From the human T2T-CHM13v2.0 reference genome, Homo sapiens, in NCBI RefSeq assembly GCF_009914755.1, contig NC_060928.1: 64,000 nucleotides of DNA; one strand, given 5' to 3'. Positions 44,666-61,164 of this stretch are shown here, one piece after another. Below the pieces are notes generated by a model, which ran no database searches, was not told the origin of the DNA, and was given only the letters and a program-made list of their open reading frames with translations. How positions within the stretch are numbered: the first letter of the stretch is position 1; each line of letters starts with the position of its first letter. The position numbers and the translations under genes are program-made.

Positions 44666-44759
44666 CGCGCAGCCGCCGGGAAGCTGTCGAGCTAGGCCCC
44701 CGCCCCGGCGCGCGGACGAGGCCGCAGCGCCCAGTCCCGGACCTGTCGGTTGCGGCGGC

Positions 44760-44969
44760 CGCCGCCCGGCCGCCCGCGGGGCACTCTAGGACATGGAGTC
44801 CCGCCGCCCGGCCGCCCGCGGGGCACTCTAGGACATGGAGTCCCGCCGCCCGGCCGCCCGCGGGGCACTCTAGGACATGGAGTCCCGCCGCCCGGCCGCC
44901 CGCGGGGCACTCTAGGGCATGGAGTCCCGCCGCTCGGCCGCTCGCGGGGCGCTCTGGGAGATGCAGTCC
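44760..44969. repeat. 42-bp GC-rich minisatellite, 5 copies, upstream of the TMEM129 ATG
   Basis: Unit cgccgcccggccgcccgcggggcactctaggacatggagtcc at 44760, 44802, 44844, 44886, plus a diverged copy at 44928. Confidence 0.95.
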
Positions 44970-45329
44970 CCGTGCGGGTGCGGCCTCTCTTCTCGGCCGG
45001 CCCTGGAGGCGGCACCGCACCTGTGCATTGAGCACAGGTGGGGAAACTTAGGCCTGAGCGAGGCCCTGGCCATGAAGCCCCGCCCAGTAGCGTCAGTTGC
45101 GGAACTCGAAATTCATGGGGCGACTGCGAGCCCGGGGTCTCAGCTTCAGACACCCTGGCGTGCCCTCCACTCCGGAAACGGAACCGTCGGCGCCCGAGCG
45201 GGGGGTGGGGGGGGGAGGGAGGGCGGAGCCGGCGAGGCTCAGCTTCCCATTGGACGCCCGCCCTCCTGCGGTCCTGCCCCCGGCCGCGCGCTGATTGGCC
45301 GCGCGAAGGCAACCGTCGGCGTTTGAAAC

Positions 45330-45472
45330 TCCGGCGCGCCGGCGGCCATCAAGGGCTAGAAGCGCGGCGGCGGTAGCAGCCAGGCTTGGCCCCCGGCGTG
45401 GAGCAGACGCGGACCCCTCCTTCCTGGCGGCGGCGGCGCGGGCTCAGAGCCCGGCAACGGGCGGGCGGGCAG
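45330..45472 (+). other. TACC3: TACC3 non-coding exon 1 (start approximate)
   Basis: Follows the CHR element; donor CAG|GTAGGA at 45472/45473. Confidence 0.75.
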
Positions 45473-47250
45473 GTAGGAGAGCGGCTACACGGCGCGGGGA
45501 GGCTGGGGTCCTGGGGGCGCGAGGCCGTCCCGCCCCGCCCCGCCCTCGGCCCTCGCCCTCCCGCCCCGGCCGCCGCTTTCCCCGGGAAGCGTCCCCCACG
45601 GCTCCTCCTGGGGCCGCCGCCAGAACCTGTACCGCGCCCTGTCATGGGACCCGGCCCTAGACCGACCGCCGGGCTGGGCCCCCTGGATGGTGGCCAGGGG
45701 CGGCTAGAGCTGGGCCAAGACCGACGGCGGAGCGGGCGCCCCGAGGTGCTTTGCTCTCCTCGACCCTCTCCTGTCTCTCGGTCGCCCACCTTGGCTCTTT
45801 GTTGGCTCCCAGCACGCGGACCCTCCTGTTGTTCTTTGGTCCCTTCCGGCCTCCGTCCTGGGGCCAACTCCATCTAGGCCACCTGCGGCGGACACCTGGG
45901 CCCCTACCGCTTCCCCGCACCTGCTGCGCCGCTCCACCTTCCCCCCGCACCGCATCCCTCTTGTGCACCAGAGTAGCACCAAAGCACCAGCCTGGGGCCG
46001 GTCCCTTCTCTGCCCAGAGCCCCTCCCGGGCCTCCATAGTCAGTAAAGGCCCCTCCTGACTAAGGCTGGGTCTGCTGCTCTCCCGAGCTCCTCCAGGCCG
46101 CCAGAAGGCTTCCTCCGAGTCACTTTCTCCCTGAGTTCGAGGCTTGCGGGTCCCCCAGCGATCCAGCACCCCTTCCCCTGCCCTGTACCCAGTTATTCAG
46201 GGCGAAAACCTAAGCGTCGTCCGTAAGTCCCATATGTGCCAGTGGCCAGGCCCGGGTCTGGTCTGGCATCTACTCCTTGGGCTCCAGAAGCCTGTGGTTT
46301 CCCTGCTTCCCTTCTGCTCTTAACCTCCCCACCCACACACAGCACCACAGTGGGCTTCTCAAGCTGCAGCACCGACCTGCCGGGGCTGCCCCCTCTCTCT
46401 TCTCCAGGACCCTCCCCAACTTTGCTCTTCTTCAAATCAAAGCCTCCCCAGGTCCCCCTCCACCACCAGGTGCCTGTGGGGTTCCTGCCCTGGTCGACAC
46501 TCGGTTCTCTCTGGCAGCCTTTTTCCCTACGTCATTCCCTAGACTGGGAACGCTGTAGACAGAAAGGGTGGCAAGTGTGTGGGTGACCGGCGTGAGGACC
46601 TGGGCAGCCCTGGAACCTGGGACTGACTGGAGGCTCTGATGTGGAAGTTCCTTGGCACCTGTTGCTCAGCTCTGGGCTTCCCTTGTTTGCGCATCGTCTC
46701 CCAGCTCCTCCTCTGGGCCTTCACCCTCTCAGCCTGGTCTTGTCCCGCTGCCTAGCCCGGTGGGAGAGAGCAGACCAGAGCCGCTGTCCTGCTTTTCTGC
46801 CCTCTACTGCCCGGTCCTGCCTCACGTCACACGCAGAGGCCTGTGGGGAGACCAGGGCTTCCTCTGGCTCATCCGGGTTTCTTATTGGCCCGGGCTTTTC
46901 TGTCTCTTGACTTCTGCTTGATATAGTAATACAGCAGTAGAGATTATGCAGGCTTGGGTTTTCTTTCTCACCATCTCAGCCTGAAGGCCCTTTAGCTCTT
47001 GGTCCCAGGAAGCAGCAGTGCTGCCCATGGCTCCCCCTGCCAGGCTGGAGAGTGAGTCTCTGAAGCAAGATGGGGACTCAGTCTGAGGCTTTCTCTGCCA
47101 AGAGACACGTGTGGGAGGTGTGAGTTCCAGAGCAATGAGCACACCTGTGTGGGAAGTGGTCGTGCCCCTTGCAGCAGCTGTCACGTCTGTGTCTGGACAA
47201 TGTGGTAGTGTTGCCCTCACACTGACACAAACATGTTCTGCTTTTCCAGA

Positions 47251-47412
47251 ATGAGTCTGCAGGTCTTAAACGACAAAAATGTCAGCAATGAAAAAAATAC
47301 AGAAAATTGCGACTTCCTGTTTTCGCCACCAGAAGTTACCGGAAGATCGTCTGTTCTTCGTGTGTCACAGAAAGAAAATGTGCCACCCAAGAACCTGGCC
47401 AAAGCTATGAAG
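47251..47412 (+). CDS. TACC3: TACC3 exon 2 coding part (MSLQVLNDKN...KAMK)
   Basis: ttttccag|aATG; AAG|GTAAGT; 162 nt. Confidence 0.96.
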
Positions 47413-47556
47413 GTAAGTGTGACCTGTACAGTGTGTGGCTGGCCAGGTTGCCCTAGGGCCTGCTTTCTTGGTGACCTCTGAGCTGCAGGACACTGCTGGT
47501 GTGGCTGTAACAGCTTGAACTAATGAATAGGTGCTCTCCTCCTCACTCCGCAACAG

Positions 47557-48037
<481 letters not shown>

Positions 48038-48040
48038 TGA

Positions 48041-48495
<455 letters not shown>

Positions 48496-50738
48496 TAATC
48501 TGTCTGGGCACCCAGGAACACCTCATCTGCATCCAGGGTGGGAAGGGACCCCAGAGGCATGATTTTCTGTTGGTTTTTTGCTGATGTAACTGTTGTTGCT
48601 GTTGTTTTGAGACAGAGTTTCGCTCTGTCACCCAGGCTGGAGTGCCGTGGTGCCATCACAGCTCACTGCAGCCTCAACCTCCTGGGCTCAAGCAGTCCTC
48701 CACCTTGGCCTCCTTAGTAGCTGGGACTACAACTGTGAGCCACCATGCCCGGCCAATTTTTTTTTTTTTTTTTTTTTTTTACACGGAGTTTCATTCTTGT
48801 TGCTCAGGCTGGAGTGCAATGGTGCGATCTTAACTCACCACAACCTCCGCCTCCCAGGTTCAAACGATTCTCCTGCCTCAGCCTCCGAGTAGCTGGGATT
48901 ACAGGCATGCGCCACCACACCCGGCTAATTTTGTGTATTTTTAGTAAATATGGGGTTTATCCGTGTTGGTCAGGCTGGTCTTGAACTCCCGACCTCAGGT
49001 GATCTGCCGGCCTCGGCCTCCCAAAGTGCTGGGATTACAGGCATGAGCCACCACGCCCGGCTGGCCCAAAACTTTTAAGCAGATTTTAGATGTGCAGAGA
49101 AAAGCATAAGGAACAGAATACCACTGATGCTTCTCACCCCCTGAGATAAAATGTCACCAGTAAGTGCAGGCAGCATTTCCTACATCCTTCTCTGGGCCCT
49201 GGGTCCGTCTCCCCTCTACCCCTCCAGCCTGAATTTGCAGTTCTTCCCATGTCTGCTTGCTACTTTTCAACTTTGTTTTTTGCCCCTTTTGAAATTTGGT
49301 CAAACGAAGTGAGAATGAATCAAACATTGGTTTACAACGACCCCAAGAAGGAAGGGAGACCCAGCAGCAGAGAAGTCGCCTCCCAGCTGCCATGGGTGTG
49401 ATCCGTCCCAGAGCCACAGATCCCCTGCCTCTCCCCTATGCCTCCAGGATCACCCAGCAGCCTCCATAGGGCAGAGGGTGTAGAGGAGCTGGGAGGGGCT
49501 TGAGAGGTTGGCCCTGAGGGGCTCCAGCCAGAGTGACTCTGAGCTTGTGGCTTGGACTCGTGGCTGTCATCTCCTTTCTGGAACTCTGCTGAGGCCCAGG
49601 TGGTGGTCACTGTGGTGCTCCCACGTCAGTGGGATGAGACCAAGAGCAGCCGCTGCGTGCAGCTGCCCACGTGTCATTCAGAGGACAGCCGAGTGGCCGC
49701 CTGGGAAGGCAGTGCCGCCCCAAGGTGGCAGCTGGGCAGCAGAGGAGTTGTGAGCAGTCTGACAGGTCCCTCACCCTCAGTTTCTCAGTTTTGACATCTT
49801 CAAACTTAGAGTTGGAAGAGAAGGGCAGGTGACATGGGCCCCTTATCTGAGGCACTGGCACATGACCCTGCGTCTTCTCAGGGACCTGAAGGCTGGGGAA
49901 CAGGTGAAACAGTGTTTGTGCCCTCTGTGTTGTAGTCCAGCCCCAACCATCCCAACAGCCGCCTCTTCTGTCAGGGGCCCTGCGCCATGCAGTCCCACAT
50001 TGTGAGCAGCGAGTGCCCCAGAGACAGGTGGGTCCCTGGGAAGGTGTTCTCTGCACCTGTGCCACTCCACTGTAGCAGGCGCCATCCCAGGGAGGCGTCG
50101 CAGAGGCCACTCAGGTCCTTCTGTGCCTGCAGGTGGCATCCTGCACCTCAGCCCTGCCCTTCAGTGAAGGCTTTGACTGTCCCTGGCCACAGCACTGCCA
50201 GTCCCCGACTTGAAGGGGAAAGCAGATTCATGCAGAAAACCTTTGTTTACCACGCCCCCTGCTGGCCATCCTGGGGCCTGCAAGTCCCCAGGACTGATCT
50301 GTTGGGCATGTCCTCGGGTGAGGTTTAAGCCACAGGACAATGTTGACTGAGCTTTCTTGTTTTGCTTGTAGCTGATGTTTTCACGCAGATTAAAGTGTTA
50401 TCGGAATGCTGTCAGGTCCCTTAATGTTAGAATTCAGGGTCATTAAGTGGTGCACACCCTTCAGTGATTAGGAGAAACACAGGCAGAAATAATGATTATA
50501 TGACTTACAGGCCCACAGCAGGCTGGAGGCCACACAGAGGACTGGGGCCAGGCCCTGGAGCATAGGCAGGGGACAGCTGAGAGGGTGGCAGCCAGCCTTG
50601 TCTATCGGGGAGTAGGGTGGGGTCACTGTATGCTGGTGGGCAGGTGCTCGAATGGATTTTTTACAGGAAATGGTGGATGCCGGGTGCGGTGGCTCCTGCC
50701 TGTAATCCTAGCACTGGGAGGCCGAGGCGGGTGGATCA

Positions 50739-51014
<276 letters not shown>

Positions 51015-51538
51015 CTACCAGGTGGGAGAGATGCCTCCAGGCTTCTTTCTCTGGCATCAGCTTGAGGCATTTGGGTGTGCTGTCCCACATCTGACCCCCC
51101 AGGCAGCAGCCTGTGCTGTGTGCATGCTGTGGGCCTGGGGGCAGACCTCGTGCATGATGACGAGTGCTGTTTGGGTGGCAGAGGCTGCTGGAGGAGTCTG
51201 GGTCCAGCACCTGGCAAAGCGCGTGATGAGCACAATTAAACAGGCAAGCAGCCCAGAGGCACCCCTGTAACTTGGAACCCCAAGAAGCATGAGGGCGGGG
51301 TCAGCGAGGAAGTCACGTGGTTGTGTCCAGCCGTTCCACCGGGAGCTGGTCCCTGGGAGGACAGGAAGGAACTACATTGAGGAACTGAGGTGGGGGGTGG
51401 AGAACGGGAAGCCGTGCCAAGGGTGACTCAGCCCTGCTTCTGGTGTGAGAATGTTAAACCTATGTTGAGAATGAATGCTGAGGCCCCTAACCTCACCAGG
51501 TACTCGCTGCTTCACGTTGATTAAGTCTCTTTTAAAAG

Positions 51539-52618
51539 CCAACAGCTCATCAAGGAAGTGGATGCCAAAACTACTCATGGAATTCTACAGAAACCAGTGG
51601 AGGCTGACACCGACCTCCTGGGGGATGCAAGCCCAGCCTTTGGGAGTGGCAGCTCCAGCGAGTCTGGCCCAGGTGCCCTGGCTGACCTGGACTGCTCAAG
51701 CTCTTCCCAGAGCCCAGGAAGTTCTGAGAACCAAATGGTGTCTCCAGGAAAAGTGTCTGGCAGCCCTGAGCAAGCCGTGGAGGAAAACCTTAGTTCCTAT
51801 TCCTTAGACAGAAGAGTGACACCCGCCTCTGAGACCCTAGAAGACCCTTGCAGGACAGAGTCCCAGCACAAAGCGGAGACTCCGCACGGAGCCGAGGAAG
51901 AATGCAAAGCGGAGACTCCGCACGGAGCCGAGGAGGAATGCCGGCACGGTGGGGTCTGTGCTCCCGCAGCAGTGGCCACTTCGCCTCCTGGTGCAATCCC
52001 TAAGGAAGCCTGCGGAGGAGCACCCCTGCAGGGTCTGCCTGGCGAAGCCCTGGGCTGCCCTGCGGGTGTGGGCACCCCCGTGCCAGCAGATGGCACTCAG
52101 ACCCTTACCTGTGCACACACCTCTGCTCCTGAGAGCACAGCCCCAACCAACCACCTGGTGGCTGGCAGGGCCATGACCCTGAGTCCTCAGGAAGAAGTGG
52201 CTGCAGGCCAAATGGCCAGCTCCTCGAGGAGCGGACCTGTAAAACTAGAATTTGATGTATCTGATGGCGCCACCAGCAAAAGGGCACCCCCACCAAGGAG
52301 ACTGGGAGAGAGGTCCGGCCTCAAGCCTCCCTTGAGGAAAGCAGCAGTGAGGCAGCAAAAGGCCCCGCAGGAGGTGGAGGAGGACGACGGTAGGAGCGGA
52401 GCAGGAGAGGACCCCCCCATGCCAGCTTCTCGGGGCTCTTACCACCTCGACTGGGACAAAATGGATGACCCAAACTTCATCCCGTTCGGAGGTGACACCA
52501 AGTCTGGTTGCAGTGAGGCCCAGCCCCCAGAAAGCCCTGAGACCAGGCTGGGCCAGCCAGCGGCTGAACAGTTGCATGCTGGGCCTGCCACGGAGGAGCC
52601 AGGTCCCTGTCTGAGCCA
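51539..52618 (+). CDS. TACC3: TACC3 exon 4 (large low-complexity exon with SYHLDWDKMDDPNFIPF)
   Basis: aaaag|CC ... CCA|GTAAGT; 1080 nt; overlaps the 354-aa ORF. Confidence 0.96.
51869..51940 (+). repeat. 36-bp coding tandem duplication (KAETPHGAEEEC x2)
   Basis: Two copies differing by a single base. Confidence 0.95.
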
Positions 52619-53094
52619 GTAAGTGTGAGGATGGGATGGGGAGCGTGGCGTGGGGCAGCTGCCCTGCAGTGTATGTGGTCCAGGACCCGAGGCCAGAAGT
52701 GTCATCAGATACTCCTTTGAGGCCGGGTAGGTTCTGCCTGAGGAGGGGCCTCTGGATAAAAACAGGGCTCAGGTGGCTCCCAGCTGAGGGTGCTTGGCCT
52801 TGCCTTGGCTGCCATGCATCTCTTTAGTGCTCCTGGCCTAAGGAGGGATCCAATAAGGGCGGGCTCAGGCCAGAAGCCAAATGCAACCAACCCTGGGCAG
52901 GACCCTGTCCCCCAGTCATGTTCCTCCTCAGGTGAACTTGACTTGGGTGTGTAACTCCAAAAGCCAGGCAAAGCCTGTTACTGCCTGGGTGGCGTCCGCT
53001 GCTTGCTGGGGTCTTGGCCGTGGGTCTGCTGCCTCCTGGCTGAATGGTCTTAGGCTACATCTCCTAGAGTTGCTCAGTGGGAGATTGTCCTGCC

Positions 53095-54373
<1,279 letters not shown>

Positions 54374-54717
54374 CCTGCCCCAGCCTCCACATTTGAAGCC
54401 TTTTGTCAGTTTCACAGTAAAAGGGATGTACTCATCCTTGTGATTCCCTTTGGCTGCATCGTGCTGACTTTAGAGCTCCCAGCCTGCTTCTCCCAGAGCT
54501 GGCAGGCAAGGCGCGTGTTTTCCTGCTGGGTGAGGTTGGTGAGGCAGTTTTGTGGCCAGGTCGCTTGGGACAGCCCCATGCCTGGCACGCTCTAGCTGAA
54601 TGTTCACGTGGCCGGCACAGCAGTGCAGGGAAAGGCGATGGCAGCTCAGTGCTGGAGCAGGGGACGCCGGGGTTATGGGGTGGGGGGCATGGGCCTCTGC
54701 TGACTCTGTCTCCCCAG

Positions 54718-54793
54718 GCAGCTGCATTCAGCCTCAGCGGAGGACACGCCTGTGGTGCAGTTGGCAGCCGAGACCCCAACAGCAGAGAGCAAG
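54718..54793 (+). CDS. TACC3: TACC3 exon 5
   Basis: cccag|GC ... AAG|GTAAGG; 76 nt; QLHSASAEDTPVVQLAAETPTAESK. Confidence 0.94.
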
Positions 54794-55002
54794 GTAAGGG
54801 GTGCTTGTGTGGGTACCTGTGCTCCTGGCCTGGTCGTGTAGAAGAGTAGCAGGCAGTGGAAGCCCCCAGCAGCCTTGGGTGACGGGGTGGGATGTCCCGC
54901 TCCCTCTCCCCCAAGTCTACTTCAACAAGGTTGTGGGGAGGCAAAGCCACACCCCAAGTACCTTGACTGCACTGCACAGGGTGACTCTGCCCTTTCCTCC
55001 AG

Positions 55003-55132
55003 GAGAGAGCCTTGAACTCTGCCAGCACCTCGCTTCCCACAAGCTGTCCAGGCAGTGAGCCAGTGCCCACCCATCAGCAGGGGCAGCCTGCCTTGGAGCT
55101 GAAAGAGGAGAGCTTCAGAGACCCCGCTGAGG
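55003..55132 (+). CDS. TACC3: TACC3 exon 6 (includes Phe525, Aurora-A docking region)
   Basis: tccag|GAG ... AGG|GTACGT; 130 nt. Confidence 0.94.
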
Positions 55133-55812
55133 GTACGTTGCCTGGCACAGACGTCACACACAGTCTGCCCGGAGGGGATCCCGTGAGCACTTGGGCAGCT
55201 CGAGACACCTGCATCATCGGCAGGTGGTCATTTCGCAGGCAGTTGGGTCCCTTGACTTTGAATGACTCATGCACAAACTTGTGGTTTGTCAAAACTTAGT
55301 CAGTGTTAGGAGAGCAGGGCTCATACCTTTAACATAAAAGACTTCTAGAAATGGAAACTGTAGACTCAGGAAAATGAGCAGGAGAGGTGAACAATGCAGT
55401 GCGCTAATGAGATACAAGTGTAGAGTCAACAACTGGATACTCGATCATCAGAAATACTGCTTGAAACGACCTTCTTTTTTTTTTCTGAGATAGTCTCGCT
55501 CTGTCACCCAGCCTGGAATGCAGTGGCACAATCTGGGTTCAATGCAACCTCCACTTCCCAGGTTCAAGAGATTCTCCTGCTCAGCCTCCCGAGTAGCTGG
55601 GATTACAAGCATGTACCACCACATCCAGCTAATTTTTGTACTTTTAGTGGCAACGGGGTTTCACCATGTTGGCCAGGCTGGTCTCAAACTCTGACCTCAA
55701 GTGATCCACCTGCCTCGGCCTCCCAAAGTGCTGGGATTGCACGCGTGAGCCCCCGCGCCCGGCCCAGAACCCCTTGATAATGAAATGTGAAGCCTGAACC
55801 TTAGACACCAGA

Positions 55813-56305
55813 CTGCAGTTAAATACGGTTTGTCCGTAAGACTGGAGGCTGCAGTTGAATACGGTTTGTCCATAAGATTGGAGGCTGCACTTGAATACGG
55901 TTTGTCTGTAAGATTGGAGGCTGCAGTTAAACATGGTTTGTCCATAAGATTGGAGGCTGCACTTGAATACGGTTTGTCTGTAAGATTGGAGGCTGCAGTT
56001 AAATAAATACGGCTTGTCCGTAAGATTGGAGGCTGCAGTTAAATAAATACGGTTTGTCCGTAAGATTGGAGGCTGCAGTTAAATAAATACGGTTTGTCCG
56101 TAAGATTGGAGGCTGCAGTTAAATAAATACGGTTTGTCCGTAAGATTGGAGGCTGCAGTTGAATACGGTTTGTCCGTAAGATTGGAGGCTGCAGTTGAAT
56201 ACGGTTTGTCCGTAAGATTGGAGGCTGCAGTTAAATAAATACAGTTTGTCCGTAAGATTGGAGGCTGCAGTTAAATAAATACGGTTTGTCCGTAAGATTG
56301 GAAGG
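55813..56305. repeat. 36/40-bp minisatellite, 13 copies, TACC3 intron 6
   Basis: Unit ctgcagttaaat(aaat)acggtttgtccgtaagattggagg. Confidence 0.95.
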
Positions 56306-56679
56306 TGGAACGGTCCTTAAATTAAAGTGCATTTGGTAGGAACTGATGGCTGAGTTGTTTTAAAGGACACACAGCCAGGTGGGTGTAAGATCTCAATTTA
56401 GAGAACTGAAAACCCAGGCACACAGCAGACACGAATGGCATGTAGGGTTTGTCGCTGACAGGATAGTTGTGGGCCGCCACCATGTGGGGATATCAGCTCA
56501 GCTGGGATGGGCCTGTCACCCTCACGCAGGATCCCTGGAATCACACAGCACGGCCTTCTGTGTCCGGCGTCTCCCTCGGGGAGGTGTGTTTCCGAGTCCT
56601 GGCCATGCTGGAGCAGGTGTGGGTGCTCCTGTCCTTGCCGTGGCAGCTTGGCTTCACATCATCTTATCCATTCATTCAT

Positions 56680-58760
<2,081 letters not shown>

Positions 58761-58805
58761 TATTATCAAAAATTAAAAGACTTGTCTAGGGTAATTTTAA
58801 AGACT

Positions 58806-58999
58806 AATAGTTCTCAACCAGAGCAGTTTTGCCCCCGCCTTTCCCCAGATGTTTGTGGTTGTCACACCTGGAGGTGCTGCTGGCAGGGAGTGGGTAGAGG
58901 CTGGGGATGCCGCTCAGCACCCTGCGGTGCCCAGGAGGCGCCTGCCGCAGACAGCAGTCAGGCCCCGAACATCCACACCTCCAAGGGAGGAAATACTGC
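58806..58999. mobile_element. MER20-like DNA transposon
   Basis: gttctcaacc...ttttgccccc...ggttgtcacacctgg...gggtagaggctggggatgc. Confidence 0.7.
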
Positions 59000-59104
59000 T
59001 GGCTGGAATGATCCTGCCTCACTGAGTGCTGAGGGAGACACCAGCCCGCCGCCCTTAGGGCCCTGGTGAGGGGCGATGGCGGCGGCATGATTCACTCCTC
59101 TCAG

Positions 59105-59157
59105 TTCTAGGCACGGGCGCGGAGGTGGATTACCTGGAGCAGTTTGGAACTTCCTCG
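59105..59157 (+). CDS. TACC3: TACC3 exon 7 (VLGTGAEVDYLEQFGTSS)
   Basis: ctcag|TT ... TCG|GTAGGT; 53 nt. Confidence 0.95.
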
Positions 59158-59435
59158 GTAGGTACCAGGCAATTCCGCGAAGCCTCACCCACAGGGTGTC
59201 CGAGAGCAGCCATGGCAGGTCTTGCCCCCGGAGCGTCCCTTGGTGCCCACGTCCCCCCAGCTGCACACAGGCCCAGGCATTGTGGCGGGCTGTGAATCCA
59301 GGGCCCCTTCTGCAGCACCTCCTCTAAGTGGTGTCCTGTGGCAGGGCTCTAGGGCTCTCTACCTGGCGCCTAGCCCAGGATGAAACTCTGACACGCTGTG
59401 CTGCTGGGAATGGTGGTGTCTCGGGCAGGGTTGTG

Positions 59436-59490
59436 GGTGACCGGGGGTGGGAGTGTGCGGGTGACCGGGGGTGGGAGTGTGCAGGTGACC
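59436..59490 (+). repeat. 24-bp G-rich tandem repeat, about 2.3 copies
   Basis: ggtgaccgggggtgggagtgtgc(g/a). Confidence 0.85.
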
Positions 59491-59564
59491 TCCCTGGCCC
59501 TTAGCCCCCCTGTGTGTGTTAGGGGATGGCAGTCAGACCTGATCACTTGCCCTCTTGTCCCCAG

Positions 59565-59668
59565 TTTAAGGAGTCGGCCTTGAGGAAGCAGTCCTTATAC
59601 CTCAAGTTTGACCCCCTCCTGAGGGACAGTCCTGGTAGACCAGTGCCCGTGGCCACCGAGACCAGCAG
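59565..59668 (+). CDS. TACC3: TACC3 exon 8 (RKQS558 Aurora-A site; LL566/567 clathrin motif)
   Basis: cccag|TTT ... CAG|GTATGT; 104 nt; cumulative numbering places Ser558 in ALRKQSLY. Confidence 0.97.
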
Positions 59669-59975
59669 GTATGTGCGCCGGCCCTCCCTCACGCATGAAG
59701 CCTTGAGTGTGGGAAGACTGGAGGCTGTTCCTAGGTGTGCTGTCTGCACAGAGGCTTCTAGACCGGGGGGAGATGATCAGAACTGGAAAGGAGCTGTGCT
59801 AGGGGTGGGCTGGGCAGCAAGGCCAGAGCAGCCCTTGTGTGTCTGGCAGGAGCAACGGCAGCCTACCCTCCAGCCACAGGGCTGCTGCCTTGCTGGTTAC
59901 AGCCACCGTTCTAGGTATATTAAAGATCTAAACTTAAATCTTTTAAGAGTACTTCCTCTAAAACAGAGGTCGGCA

Positions 59976-60975
<1,000 letters not shown>

Positions 60976-61076
60976 CTAAAAAGCAAAGAGCCCGGTTAGC
61001 TTGTCCACATGGTCCTCTGTGTCCTACTCAACACTGGGAGGGCCTAGTGACTGAGGCTGCCTCTGCTTGGTGGCAG

Positions 61077-61164
61077 CATGCACGGTGCAAATGAGACTCC
61101 CTCAGGACGTCCGCGGGAAGCCAAGCTTGTGGAGTTCGATTTCTTGGGAGCACTGGACATTCCT
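61077..61164 (+). CDS. TACC3: TACC3 exon 9 (MHGANETPSG...LDIP)
   Basis: ggcag|CATG ... CCT|GTAAGT; 88 nt. Confidence 0.94.

Larger units (their letters stand above)
44250..45950. promoter_or_regulatory. CpG island, bidirectional TMEM129/TACC3 promoter with G2/M elements
   Basis: Head-to-head genes; ATTGG at 45249-45253 and 45294-45298; MYB-like CAACCG at 45310-45315; CHR TTTGAA at 45322-45327. Confidence 0.88.

Noticed and set aside
44457-45326. Repetitive peptides (CPAGGRAAGLHVLE, PPPGRPRGTLGHGV) in several frames
   Set aside because: Artefacts of translating the 42-bp VNTR, whose length is a multiple of 3
55813-56305. Regular 36-40 bp repeats resembling a CRISPR array
   Set aside because: Units are contiguous with no unique spacers, no cas genes, and eukaryotic intron context; this is a minisatellite
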